The translations under genes were made by a program, and so were the position numbers. Below, piece after piece: positions 11,352 through 20,958 of a DNA stretch of 64,000 nt. Where the stretch lies: NCBI GenBank assembly GCA_963663165.1, contig OY760175.1, forward strand, positions 2,848,001-2,912,000. Reading direction: 5' to 3'. The notes below the pieces were generated by a model that searched no databases, was not told where the DNA came from, and saw only the letters and a list, made by a program, of their open reading frames with translations. Each line of letters opens with the position of its first letter. Positions within the stretch are counted from its first letter, which is position 1. This DNA comes from an uncultured Desulfospira sp. (GTDB lineage Bacteria > Desulfobacterota > Desulfobacteria > Desulfobacterales > Desulfobacteraceae).

Positions 11352-11648
11352 CTACTCAATCCAGAACAAAGCCGTCCCGATCCGGCCATCCCGGCATTTC
11401 GGGCATTTGCCCGGTTTTTTGTAGGTTTTTCGATCTTTGAACTCAAATCCGCAATCCAGGCAGTGGTAAGGCTTAACACGCACCTTCTTTTTTAACTGCC
11501 GGACGGTCTTTTCAATGAAGGGCAGATGGTGGAAAACATCCTTTTCCATGATGCCCGCCAACTGGGAAATTTCCCGTACGGACAGCCGGTTCTTTTCAAG
11601 ATAACCGATGATTTCCTGCCGGATGGTTTGATATCTTTGATTGGTCAT
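11352..11648 (-). CDS. HTH plus Zn-ribbon putative transcriptional regulator (COG3357-like)
   Basis: TIRQEII..LS.REISQLAGI.EKDVFHHL..I and CLDCGFEF....KPGKCPKC. Confidence 0.8.
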   Translation of the reverse strand: MTNQRYQTIRQEIIGYLEKNRLSVREISQLAGIMEKDVFHHLPFIEKTVRQLKKKVRVKPYHCLDCGFEFKDRKTYKKPGKCPKCRDGRIGTALFWIE

Positions 11649-11811
11649 GAGCAATGGACTCTCTTGAATTCTTTCATTAGCAAACGAATAATAAATTTAG
11701 AGGATAGAGTCAAGCCGCGGGTAGAGGGTCATTGCAATTTGACAAGCCCGGGAGCTTTGGCTAAAATCCTTATTTCGTAAGTAAAAACTTAACTGATTCA
11801 ACAGACAAAAG

Positions 11812-12738
11812 GTGATTTTAATGTTTTTAAAAACACAGACAATTTATTCTATAAACAGCCTTGCCTGCCGTTTTGCAAAAAACAAGCTGTGGCGAAAAGG
11901 GCTGGTCTCCCTGGCCATATTGGCGATTTTGCCTAACGGAGGCTGCGGTCACCCCACGGCCAACGCCCCAAAAGACATGGGGGACCAGGCCGTTGAAGGC
12001 CGGATTCTCTGGCGGGATCTGCTGACCCGGGATGCGTCCAAGGCAAAGGCATTTTATGGGACCTTGTTCGGGTGGGAATTCCGCACCCAGGGGAAATTTT
12101 GTGCCATTCTCCGGGATGGACAGGAAATCGGCGGCATCGTTGAAATCCCCGATGCACCGGATACGGCGGCAGACCGGTGGGTTCCGTCCATGGCTGTGAA
12201 AAGCCTGGAACAGGCCATACCCCTTACCGAACAAAAGGGCGGACAAATTAACGAGGGGCCCATGAAACTGGGCGACCGGGGAACCGGTGCCCTGGTAAGG
12301 GATGCCGGCGGCGCACAATTCGTCCTTCTTCAGGCAGCGTCAGCCCATCCCGTCAGCCGGCCCCTTAACATGAATGACTGGCTCTGGGATGAGCTGTGGA
12401 CCGACGATGTGCCGGAATCCATAGATTATTACAGCGCCCTTGCCGGTTTTTCGGCCAATCAGGAACAGGACGGTTACTGGATATTGACATCAGACGGAAC
12501 CTGGCAGGCCGGGGTCCGGAAAGTATTCAATGAACAGTTTGTGCAGCGGTGGGTCCCGGTGGTCCGTGTGGCCGATTCTGATGAAACAGGGAAAAAAGCC
12601 CAGGATCTGGGGGGCCGGATATGGGTTGAAGCGCCAAAAACAAAAGAACACCAAAAGGCCGCACTGATTTCAGATCCGGCAGGCGGCCTTTTCATTGTCC
12701 AGGAATGGGCCACTGATACTGAACAAGGGAGGGAATAA
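11812..12738 (+). CDS. two-domain VOC/glyoxalase family protein, probably exported (start uncertain)
   Basis: WRDLLTRD..KAKAFYGTLFGW and WDELWTDD...SIDYYSALAG repeats; ISDPAGG; lipoprotein-like GGCG after a hydrophobic stretch. Confidence 0.8.
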   Translation: MILMFLKTQTIYSINSLACRFAKNKLWRKGLVSLAILAILPNGGCGHPTANAPKDMGDQAVEGRILWRDLLTRDASKAKAFYGTLFGWEFRTQGKFCAILRDGQEIGGIVEIPDAPDTAADRWVPSMAVKSLEQAIPLTEQKGGQINEGPMKLGDRGTGALVRDAGGAQFVLLQAASAHPVSRPLNMNDWLWDELWTDDVPESIDYYSALAGFSANQEQDGYWILTSDGTWQAGVRKVFNEQFVQRWVPVVRVADSDETGKKAQDLGGRIWVEAPKTKEHQKAALISDPAGGLFIVQEWATDTEQGRE

Positions 12739-12740
12739 AG

Positions 12741-13061
12741 ATGAATTACCGCTTAGCCCTCATATCGTTATGTTTCCTGGCCGGCATGGTTGCCCTGTCG
12801 GGCTGCGCCGGCGTTTCCGGCACCATTACCTATGAAACCGGCTATTACCATGGATTTTACGATCCCTATCCCTGCTGGGGATGTGTGGATCATCATCCGC
12901 CGCCACCGGACAGACCGGGAAAACCCGGCAAGCCGGGAAAGCCTGGGAACCCCGGCAAGCCGGTCGCCCCCAAACCGCCCGTCATTAAACCGCCGATTTC
13001 AGGACCTCCCGGCGGCATTGGACGGCCCAGGCCCGGAGGAGGGGGCGGCCGTAGAAGATGA
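12741..13061 (+). CDS. small Pro/Gly-rich lipoprotein
   Basis: Lipobox LSGC; GGAGG RBS; (GKP)n and poly-Pro/Gly tail. Confidence 0.7.
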   Translation: MNYRLALISLCFLAGMVALSGCAGVSGTITYETGYYHGFYDPYPCWGCVDHHPPPPDRPGKPGKPGKPGNPGKPVAPKPPVIKPPISGPPGGIGRPRPGGGGGRRR

Positions 13062-13109
13062 TGTTGTTTTAATTACGGGCCAGGCCTTATCCATGGTAAG
13101 GCCTGGCCT

Positions 13110-13781
13110 TTATTTTTTCAGCCTTCTTCTGCCCGCTCCGGCAAAGCCGATCAACCCGGCACCAAACAGGAAAATGGCGGCAGGCTCGGGAACCGTTTGG
13201 GAGGATAATTCCATTGTGAATGCCAGATCCATGCCGGATCTGATTTGCCAACTGCCGGTAAATAATTGGCTGAAATCGCTTCCGTTATGCATAAAAACCC
13301 AAGATCCTTCGCCATAAGTGCTGCTGACGGCCCCCACTGCAGATTCACCACTTATCCCGTCAAAAAAATTGCTTGCACAAATGAACCAGACGTAATCTGT
13401 ACCGGTCTCCAGACTCACTCCACCAGTGTCCACGGTAAAGGATTCAAATCCGTCGGCACCGGAAGTTGAGTACATACTGCTGGTATACAAGGCATCACCG
13501 GTTATGTTTGTACCTGTCCATTTATACAGATAAAAAGCAAATTCCACGGTATCGGGATTGGTGAAGTCATTGATATAGAAAGTCACCGAGTCAAGCACGG
13601 TATCGTCTCCGGAATTCAGTGTAAAGGTCTGCCCAAAGGTAGCCGCATTGATCTCACCAAACCAACTCAGCGATTGAGAACCATCCCAGGAGGATGCCGT
13701 ATCAATAGTTGTGGCATGAGAACTGCTGATTAATAAAAAAACGGCAGATAAGGTGACAACAGCCCAGATTAACTTCTTCAT
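13110..13781 (-). CDS. PEP-CTERM sorting-domain protein
   Basis: Signal peptide MKKLIWAVV...SSSHA; C terminus VPEPAAIFLFGAGLIGFAGAGRRRLKK. Confidence 0.92.
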   Translation of the reverse strand: MKKLIWAVVTLSAVFLLISSSHATTIDTASSWDGSQSLSWFGEINAATFGQTFTLNSGDDTVLDSVTFYINDFTNPDTVEFAFYLYKWTGTNITGDALYTSSMYSTSGADGFESFTVDTGGVSLETGTDYVWFICASNFFDGISGESAVGAVSSTYGEGSWVFMHNGSDFSQLFTGSWQIRSGMDLAFTMELSSQTVPEPAAIFLFGAGLIGFAGAGRRRLKK

Positions 13782-14161
13782 AATTCCTGCTCCATGTTAA
13801 ATTAGAATTTACAAACCAAAACGATTCTTCATGTTCCGCCCATCCATCTCAGGCTTTTAAACAAAACTTCATTTTTTATTACCTTTTTTTCACCCATTGT
13901 TTGTTTTTATGTTTTACACCTGTTTTTTAATGGTTCAAGCTACATTTTAAGGCTGTCTTGGTGCAGGCGCCGCTGCAAGGCTGTACACGAAGATGAGGGG
14001 CATTTAGGCCGGGGAAAATCGGTTGGACTTTGTCGATGGTGCCTGCTAAGCTTTCACGCAAAAAAACAGTATGGGCCCAACAATGCCGGGCCATGGGTGT
14101 ATTGCCCGGACAACCCTGGAACATGATCCATAACCATAAGGATACTGACAAAGATACAAGA

Positions 14162-14500
14162 ATGAAGGCCGTTAAGAGGGTCATTCTGGGAATCTATTTC
14201 CTGGGCATGTGCATGTTTTTTACGCCTGTGGTTTTTGCATCGGACAACCCGGCACCCCCGTCGGACCGCCCCCCGGCCGCAGCCGGCCTGGAAGAACAGA
14301 ACAATTCACCGCGCTATCTGTGGCTGGTGGGTGAGATAGCCCTGGCAGTGATTACCGCAGTCATCCTGCTGATCATTTATAACCGGCATTTAAGGGCCGT
14401 GGTGGCGGACAAGACCCGGGAACTGCAGGAGGTTAATGCGCAGCTTGAAGATAAGGTGCGGGTTCGCACAGCGGAGCTGAGGCAAAGTACCGAGGCGTAT
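14162..14500 (+). pseudogene. sensor kinase remnant (signal peptide joined to TM/coiled-coil linker)
   Basis: MKAVKRVILGI...VFA, then PRYLWLVGEIALAVITAVILLIIYNRHLRAVVADKTRELQEVNAQLEDKVRVRTAEL; no sensory or kinase domain follows. Confidence 0.55.
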
Positions 14501-15086
14501 AAAGAGATGTCCATCCACGCCGTTTGTTGTCGCCGTCATTGATGTCGGCCTGCCGGATCAATCCGGGTATGAACTGTCTGAGTATCTGCGGGCCAACACA
14601 AAGATGGGCGTCATCATTTTCACCGCCAGAACCGGGATTGACAATAAAATACAGGGCTTTTCAGCCGGGGCAGACTATTATTTCTCAAAGCCTGTGGACA
14701 GCCGGGAGCTGTCGGCTGCCATCACCAATCTGATGTGCCGGCTTGCCCCGGAGTGCCGGGAGGATACCGCCGCCGATACAGATGCATGGATATTCCGGGA
14801 AAACGGCTGGTACCTGACCTCACCCAAGGGCATAGAGATCCGCCTGACCGCCAAAGAGGGGGAGTTTATACGGCTCTTGCTGAACACAGAAAACGACTGC
14901 CTGGAAAAAGAAAAGGTCCTTCATGCAATGGGGTACTTAATTGAGGGCCCTTATGGCAACAGGGCCTTAGGCGTTATGGTGACCCGGCTTAGAAAGAAAA
15001 TCAAAACCCGGGCCGGAGACAATGCCCTGATCAAAACCGTTCACGGTTTCGGATTTTCACTGGGCGAAAAACTGCACAGGGCCTGA
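14498..15086 (+). pseudogene. OmpR-family response regulator, 5'-truncated and frameshifted
   Basis: YKEMSIHA, one extra base near 14521, then FVVAVIDVGLPDQSG..IIFTART..GADYYFSKPV and a winged helix ending IKTVHGFGF. Confidence 0.7.
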
Positions 15087-15089
15087 TTC

Positions 15090-15541
15090 TTTTTTTTCTC
15101 TGCCACAAGGGCCTCATAAAGCTCTTCCTGGGAGCGATGGCTGTGAATCAAAAGAAAAAAACAGCCCCACGCCAAGCACGGCAATCAGGGTGAACAGGAG
15201 ACCCGCTCCCATATCAAGGCTATCAAAGACATTGTTGTAGCCTTTGCGGATAAACAGGATCACGGAAGTGAAGACCAGTCCGACAAACCGCATGACAAAA
15301 AGTCCGCCGCCTAACCAATATAATGCTCTGCCCGTTCTCGGGTTAAACAAAAACAGCGTGTTGCACATGATAAAAACAAAGGGTGCAACAGACACCACCA
15401 ATATCACGGACCGCATGGGCAGGCTGTCGTCAACATAATAAAAATACAGATTCATCACCACAGAAAACAAGATGGACAAGTAAGAGTACAGGGGCAGTTT
15501 TTTATCTTTTATGAACCGCAGGATGCCGTCTGTATAAAGTG
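15090..15541 (-). pseudogene. multi-TM membrane sensor domain fragment (duplicate of 33656-34035)
   Basis: 380 bp near-identical to 33656-34035; one extra base in an A/T run near 15155 breaks the continuation GLFFLLIHSHRSQEELYEALVAEKK. Confidence 0.7.
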
Positions 15542-15602
15542 TGAGTCAAAAAGCAAGTTCTTATCTGTTACTTCTTGAGTCAAAAAGCAAGTTCTTATCT
15601 GT
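15542..15602 (+). mobile_element. two tandem copies of the IS91-like ori end
   Basis: tgagtcaaaaagcaagttcttatctgt twice; the second copy (34 bp) is identical to 20161-20194 downstream of the IS91 transposase. Confidence 0.75.
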
Positions 15603-15845
15603 GGGATCGGTCTTAAGCAGTTGGTCCACACGCTTTACCCCAAGCTTGCAGTAATTGATTTCCGCCATGAATATCAAGGCGTACAAAAGCGGTTCGTAAA
15701 TTCTGGGCCCTAAAATAAGAAACATGGTATAAACGGGAAGCGCAATTTCCCCTGCTGCGGCCAGAGTAAAGCCGAAAATGATGATAAATGTAAACCCACC
15801 GCTTAATACAAAGGAAGAAAACAGAATAGTCGGCCCGGAAGCGGT
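15603..15845 (-). pseudogene. ABC transporter transmembrane-domain fragment (YbtP/Q, IrtA/B-like)
   Basis: Manual translation: ASGPTILFSSFVLSGGFTFIIIFGFTLAAAGEIALPVYTMFLILGPRIYEPLLYALIFMAEINYCKLGVKRVDQLLKTDP. Confidence 0.55.
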
Positions 15846-16005
15846 TTTGAGACGGTATGTTAGTCTGCTTGACCCCTTCTCTTAGCTTGTCAGAACCATT
15901 GCCTCGATTAGAGAAAATTGAGACGGTGTGAGAGCGGCATTAGCCGCCCCAATATATACGTCATTACCGTGATTTACAGATACCGCGGCTGTGGTGATCT
16001 TCATA

Positions 16006-16288
16006 TGGGTTTTCAGCATCCCTAAACGGTTACGGATTTATTTCCTTTATGACCGTACATTACTTGCAAAACTTTCTAAATGCGCATGGAATGTTATTAC
16101 AGCTTACCTTAAATCGACGGTCCCGGATAATGAAGCTGTTCCCGGTACCAGCATTGCTGTGTAGACATACGGTGACTGTCTCAATTTCAATCCCCATCTA
16201 CACGCCATGGTTTCAGGTGGTTGTTCCTTAAAAGGAAGTGGATCCTTTGGTTTGCCCAAAATGTCAGGGGGAAAAGCATCTTCCTATC
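16006..16288 (+). mobile_element. internally deleted IS91-family remnant
   Basis: WVFSIPKRLRIYFLYDRTLLAKLSKCAW...(stop)TYGDCLNFNPHLH, a jump to EVDPLVCPKCQG, then a jump to ori-like gaaaagcatcttcctatc; homologous to 18963-19763. Confidence 0.85.
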
Positions 16289-16384
16289 AGCAAAAAAATC
16301 CTATCATTTAGCAAAAAAATAGCAAAAAAGTCCGAGAAATCATAAATGAAAATTTGGTATAAGTGTCCTTAAGCTGAAAAAGCC

Positions 16385-16490
16385 ACACCCCAGGTAACCA
16401 AGAGCCAGAAAGCCACGGAGACTCTCTTAAAAGGACAGTAAAGCAGGATCTCCGGGTTGCCCTGAACAGTTAATCCCGGTGGTCTTTTTT
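16385..16490 (+). promoter_or_regulatory. degenerate cyclic-dinucleotide (c-di-GMP-I/GEMM-like) riboswitch with overlapping terminator
   Basis: GAAAGCCACGG...CCGGGTTGCC conserved blocks, a GTAA loop upstream with weak pairing, then gatctccggg...cccggtggtc-tttttt. Confidence 0.45.
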
Positions 16491-16667
16491 CTATTGAACC
16501 ACCAAAAAGTTAAAAGGAGGAAGCAATGACCACCAACCTTGCAATGACCTGTCAGCCCGGAAGGATTGTATGTCATTGCAGGCAATTAAACCAAAACGGT
16601 TCTTAGGGAAATCGAAGAACAGGCAGCAACTCAAAAAAGACAAAATCGAAAAGAAAGGACAAACAAC

Positions 16668-17321
16668 ATGAAAAAATCAGTTTTAATGACAGCAGCAATC
16701 TTTTCCATGCTTCTAATGGTTTTTGCAGCTGCTTCCACAGCCGTGGCAGCAGTCACTATCTTTACAGATGAAACCGCATTTGCCCAGGTTCTTGGCGCAT
16801 ACTATCTAGAGGATTTTAGTAATTTTTCTGAAACTGGGGAGGAAGGGCCCGAATCAATAGACATGGAATCATCAAACGGGTTCAGCTACACAATAAAATC
16901 CAGTAGCTGGCTCGACCATTCCAGTAGCAGTCTCTACTATTGCGATGGTGCTGTAGCTGTCTATGATGACACCGATAATCTTATAGTTGAATTTACAGGC
17001 AACTCGGTTACCGCTTTTGGTGGAAATTTCTGGCTCACGGATATTGATGTGAACAACCAGACAGATGATGTTACCGTTGAAATTTCTTTTGCCGACGGCA
17101 GCAGCTATTCCTACCTGATTGAAAGTGCTACCGTAGATACCTTCATTGGGTTCACCAGTTCGGCATCAATCTCCTCTTTTAGTGTTACCTATAACAGCAA
17201 GAATTACTATCCCACAATGGACAACCTGTATGTGGGCAGTGCAGTTCCGGTTCCGGCTGCGGGGTGGCTTATGGGCAGCGGCCTTTTGGCCCTTGCCGGC
17301 ATCCGGCGCAAAAAAGCCTGA
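16668..17321 (+). CDS. VPxP-CTERM (PEP-CTERM-like) protein
   Basis: Signal peptide; C terminus VPVPAAGWLMGSGLLALAGIRRKKA. Confidence 0.92.
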   Translation: MKKSVLMTAAIFSMLLMVFAAASTAVAAVTIFTDETAFAQVLGAYYLEDFSNFSETGEEGPESIDMESSNGFSYTIKSSSWLDHSSSSLYYCDGAVAVYDDTDNLIVEFTGNSVTAFGGNFWLTDIDVNNQTDDVTVEISFADGSSYSYLIESATVDTFIGFTSSASISSFSVTYNSKNYYPTMDNLYVGSAVPVPAAGWLMGSGLLALAGIRRKKA

Positions 17322-17399
17322 TAAATCGAAAAACAAACAGTAAGCCTATCACCGGTTTTCATATGCCAGGCATCGTTTAAGTCCTTCCATGGATATGGC

Positions 17400-17670
17400 G
17401 GCCTGGCAATTGATAAACTGCAGACTTTCGGGGGCAACAAAAACCATTTATCTGACTGCCAAGTCCCTTGAAATCATCGCCCTGGCCATGGGCTTTTCCC
17501 AAACCGGTTCTTTCTTTTCTTCAGATTCTCCCAAGGCCCATGGCCATCTTCCAGGCGCCCGGGAAAAAGAGCAGCTTAACCTTGCCTGGCGCATTCTGGA
17601 CAGGCAGTATCATGACCCGCCCGGCCTTGACTTGCTTGCAAGGCAGACAGGACCGAACCAGACCAGCAGA
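17400..17670 (+). pseudogene. AraC (PchR/YbtA-like) regulator, middle fragment
   Basis: KTIYLTAKSLEIIAL...EKEQLNLAWRILDRQYHDPPGLDLLARQTG, ending inside the first HTH. Confidence 0.65.
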
Positions 17671-17940
17671 TAACAGATAAAACAGATAGGAATCCTTTAA
17701 GCAAGATGAAGAAGTCTCAATTTCTCCGGACAGACAAAAGCCGAACCCCAAATAGGAGCTCGGATTGGTGTACTCTAAAACAGCCGGCTTGTAGAACTCA
17801 TAATCCGAAACCACCAACTGCATGCCACAGTTTAAAGGAATATGCTTAATCCCCCCCCTGCCCATGGATGGGGGAATTGTGAATTGATTTTTTGTTACAG
17901 ATTTTTTCTGATCAGGCGGAAACAGTTGAAGTATGTCCAT
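17670..17940 (-). pseudogene. AraC (PchR-like) regulator, N-terminal fragment
   Basis: IPPSMGRGGIKHIPLNCGMQLVVSDY...LGFGFCLSGEI, typical N terminus of PchR-like proteins; homology stops at about 17670. Confidence 0.6.
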
Positions 17941-17989
17941 ATGGTTTGCTGTCCTGATGGCGCAATCAATAAATGTAAAAGGACGTTCA

Positions 17990-18549
17990 GTCAGTACAGG
18001 GCCGCCAGGGCACTGATCGAACTGGTCCCTTTTAAGGGGGCAGTGGCCCTGGATGAGGACGCCGGGCTTATTTGTGCCAATCAGGCTGTCCGGACAGCCA
18101 TGGACCCTGCAACCGGGGATGACGGCCGTGAGTCCTGGGACACCTTCCTGGAAAAAATCAGGCCGGACTGTCTTAAATTGAAGGCCGGAGCACCAGACAG
18201 CCCCCGCAGAACAAAGATCCTGACGGATACGAAAACCCCGCTCGGGATCAAGGATGTCGAATTACGCATCATCCAGGACGATCACAATTGCACCCTTTTC
18301 CTGGTCTTATTTGACCGGTATCCGATTCAGGATGCCTGGTATTCAGTCCTGAAGGCCGGTCAGATCAGTAACCGGGAACTGGATGTGATTTACTGCGTCC
18401 TTGACGGACTTTCCAATAAAGAAATTGCCAAAGCCCTTTATATCAGCAAATTTACAGTGGAAAACCATCTTAAATCCATTTACAGAAAGCTTAAGGTTAA
18501 AAGCAGAACCCACCTGCTTTATTCCCTTTTAAAAAGTGATTGGAGATAG
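17990..18549 (+). CDS. LuxR-type HTH regulator (5' end uncertain, probably truncated)
   Basis: ISNRELDVIYCVLDGLSNKEIAKALYISKFTVENHLKSIYRKLKVKSR. Confidence 0.7.
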
Positions 18550-18648
18550 AGATTGGGGTCGGACCAAGCAGACTGGTGTAATGTTGTTCTTGTCCTTCCA
18601 CCCCCTTCACCTCGTCCTAGGGAATAAGAAACAAACAGGATAAGTCAG

Positions 18649-18880
18649 TCACGTCATTGGATGCGACGCCTGCGATGCGACGCCGCACCCGAGCCGGTAG
18701 GCCGACGGCCGGATGCCGTACCGTTTGCAAAAGGCCCGGGCAAAATGGCTGGAACTGCTGAAGCCTGCATCAAAGGCTGCCCGGGTGATGCTTGCCCGGT
18801 TTGAAGCAATGAGCATTCTGGCATACTCCAGACGTTCCCGGCGCAGGTACTCAAATACGTTGCACCCGAACACCTTTTTG
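18649..18880 (-). pseudogene. AraC regulator, C-terminal HTH fragment
   Basis: KKVFGCNVFEYLRRERLEYARMLI...SITRAAFDAGFSSSSHFARAFCKRYGIRPSAYR; abuts the IS91 fragment. Confidence 0.8.
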
Positions 18881-20194
18881 CCCATCCTGTCATCAGAAAA
18901 GGGTTGTCGAATATGGAGAATGGCTGCTGACAAATGTCTTAAAAAATGTCCCATACCGGCAATGGGTTTTCAGCATTCCTAAACGGTTACGAATTTATTT
19001 TCTTTATGACCGCACTTTACTGGCAAAACTTTCCAAATGTGCATGGAGTGTTATTACAGCTTACCTGAAATCTACGGTCCCGGATGGAGAAGCTGTTCCC
19101 GGTGCCAGTATTGCAGTGCAGACCTATGGCGACTTTCTAAATTTCAATCCCCATCTTCACGCCATAGTTTCAGATGGTTGCTTCTTAAAAGACGGCAGCT
19201 TTCAGACTGCTCCGATATTTATGCTTAAAGACCTGGAAGAAGCATTTCAGTATGAGGTGCTGAAAATGCTCAAGAAAGAGGGGAAAATCAATGATGCCAT
19301 CATTGAAAACATGCTTTCCTGGCATCATTCCGGGTTTAATGTTTATATCGGAGGCAGAATCGAGCCTGATGATAAAGTCGGGCTTGGCAACCTGGCAAGA
19401 TATATCATTCGAGCCTGTTTCTCCCAGGAAAGACTGGTCTATTTTCCGGCCGAAAAATCTGATGATGGCGTCGCTAAAATCATTTATACCGCCAAAGACG
19501 GAAAATCCCAAAAGAGGTTTAATGCTTTGGATTGGCTGGCCAGGTTGGTGACACATATTCCAGGAAGATACGAGCATACCGTTCGTTACTATGGTCACTT
19601 TTCTAACAAGTCCAGGGGGATGAGAAAGAAGGCGGAAACTGATAACACAATCCCGACAATTATGCAAAATAAGATGTCTTCAAAAGAAGCAAGGCAGAAT
19701 TGGGCCAGGTTAATCCAAAAAATTTATGAAGTTGATCCTTTGGTTTGCCCAAAATGTCAGGGTCAAATGAAACTGATTTCTTTTGTGGAAAATCTCGATG
19801 TTATAGAAAAAATTCTGCGTCACCTGGGCTTATGGGATATTCACAACCATGATCCACCGCAGGCGGTTATTTCTGAGCCCATTCCTGAGTTGGTTTATGA
19901 CTTTTCAGACTCTCAAATTCCGGCGGTTGAGTATTGGAATTGATTTTCACTGTACGCGGGGTTTCTGGTGAGGTGCGCTTAAAATCAGCTTAAATTTTGG
20001 AATTTTCATATTTGCTTTGGAAATTTCTGATACAGACTGTTCTTTTACCTCTGTCCTGCGACATCCCTTTTTTCGGCGAATGCCCCCGCCGGGCCACAGG
20101 CACAACATGTTGTGCCTGTGGCCCGGCGGGGGCATATTTCAAGCTTCCAATATTTTTCTATACTTCTTGAGTCAAAAAGCAAGTTCTTATCTGT
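18876..20194 (+). mobile_element. IS91-family rolling-circle element, 5'-truncated (transposase 18876-19943, ori-like end 20161-20194)
   Basis: One open frame FCPSCHQKRVVEYGEW...QTYGDFLNFNPHLHAIVSDG (HUH), HSGFNV, LARYIIRA, VRYYG, WARLIQKIYEVDPLVCPKC; start and most of the Zn-binding N terminus are missing. Confidence 0.9.
20080..20135. repeat. perfect 56 bp palindrome
   Basis: atgcccccgccgggccacaggcacaaca|tgttgtgcctgtggcccggcgggggcat. Confidence 0.95.
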
Positions 20195-20310
20195 AATTAA
20201 GTATAATCAAGTAGATAGCATATGAATGAGTAGGGTTTTCTTTTTCGCTTTTGGTTGTCTCCTTTTTCTGTAAAGTTGAATTTAACTTTTATAACATACA
20301 GGATGGAAAT

Positions 20311-20472
20311 ATGGAAAAATGCGATTGGAAGATTATTGATGCTAATGAAAATCATTACGAATCAGAATGCGGCGGGGACTGGTTCTTTTTTGAGGGGACT
20401 ATAAAAGATAATGAAATGGAATTATGCCCATTTTGCGGTGAACCAATAAATGAGATAGAATCTGTACTCTAA
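20311..20472 (+). CDS. small Cys-containing Zn-ribbon-like protein (53 aa)
   Basis: MEKCDWK...ESECGG...ELCPFCGEPI; AT-rich DNA. Confidence 0.55.
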   Translation: MEKCDWKIIDANENHYESECGGDWFFFEGTIKDNEMELCPFCGEPINEIESVL

Positions 20473-20958
20473 GCAGTAGTTTTTTGGGACAACAAAGTAC
20501 GTTATTCGGATGTTTTCTCACAGCGAGTCAACAGAATGATATCAACTGCCGCCCAGGCCTCTTTCAGAGCAGCATTCAATAACAGGGAAAGTCCACAGTA
20601 TTTTGGAAGGATGAATGCGTTAATTTTACTCTGACCCCAATTATATACCAATTATATATGAAAGAGCTTAATAAGTTGTTGAGCCCTTTCGACTTTCGTT
20701 ATGGGCTGAGCCTGGCAGATGATATGTCAGGTCAGCCCATGGTTGTTTATAACGAAATCGAGGTTAGAATCTTGATTTAAAGATGGTATTTAAAATCGTT
20801 ATATTCTATACATCCAATATCATAATTACAACAGGGTCACGTTAAATAAGCAGCAGATTGCTACGGAATGTTAATTTCCGTTTAACAGCCCCGGAATGAC
20901 TTGATATATCAACACTGAGGCAGAGCCCACAACGAAGGTTGAAAGAACAAGGAGAAGA

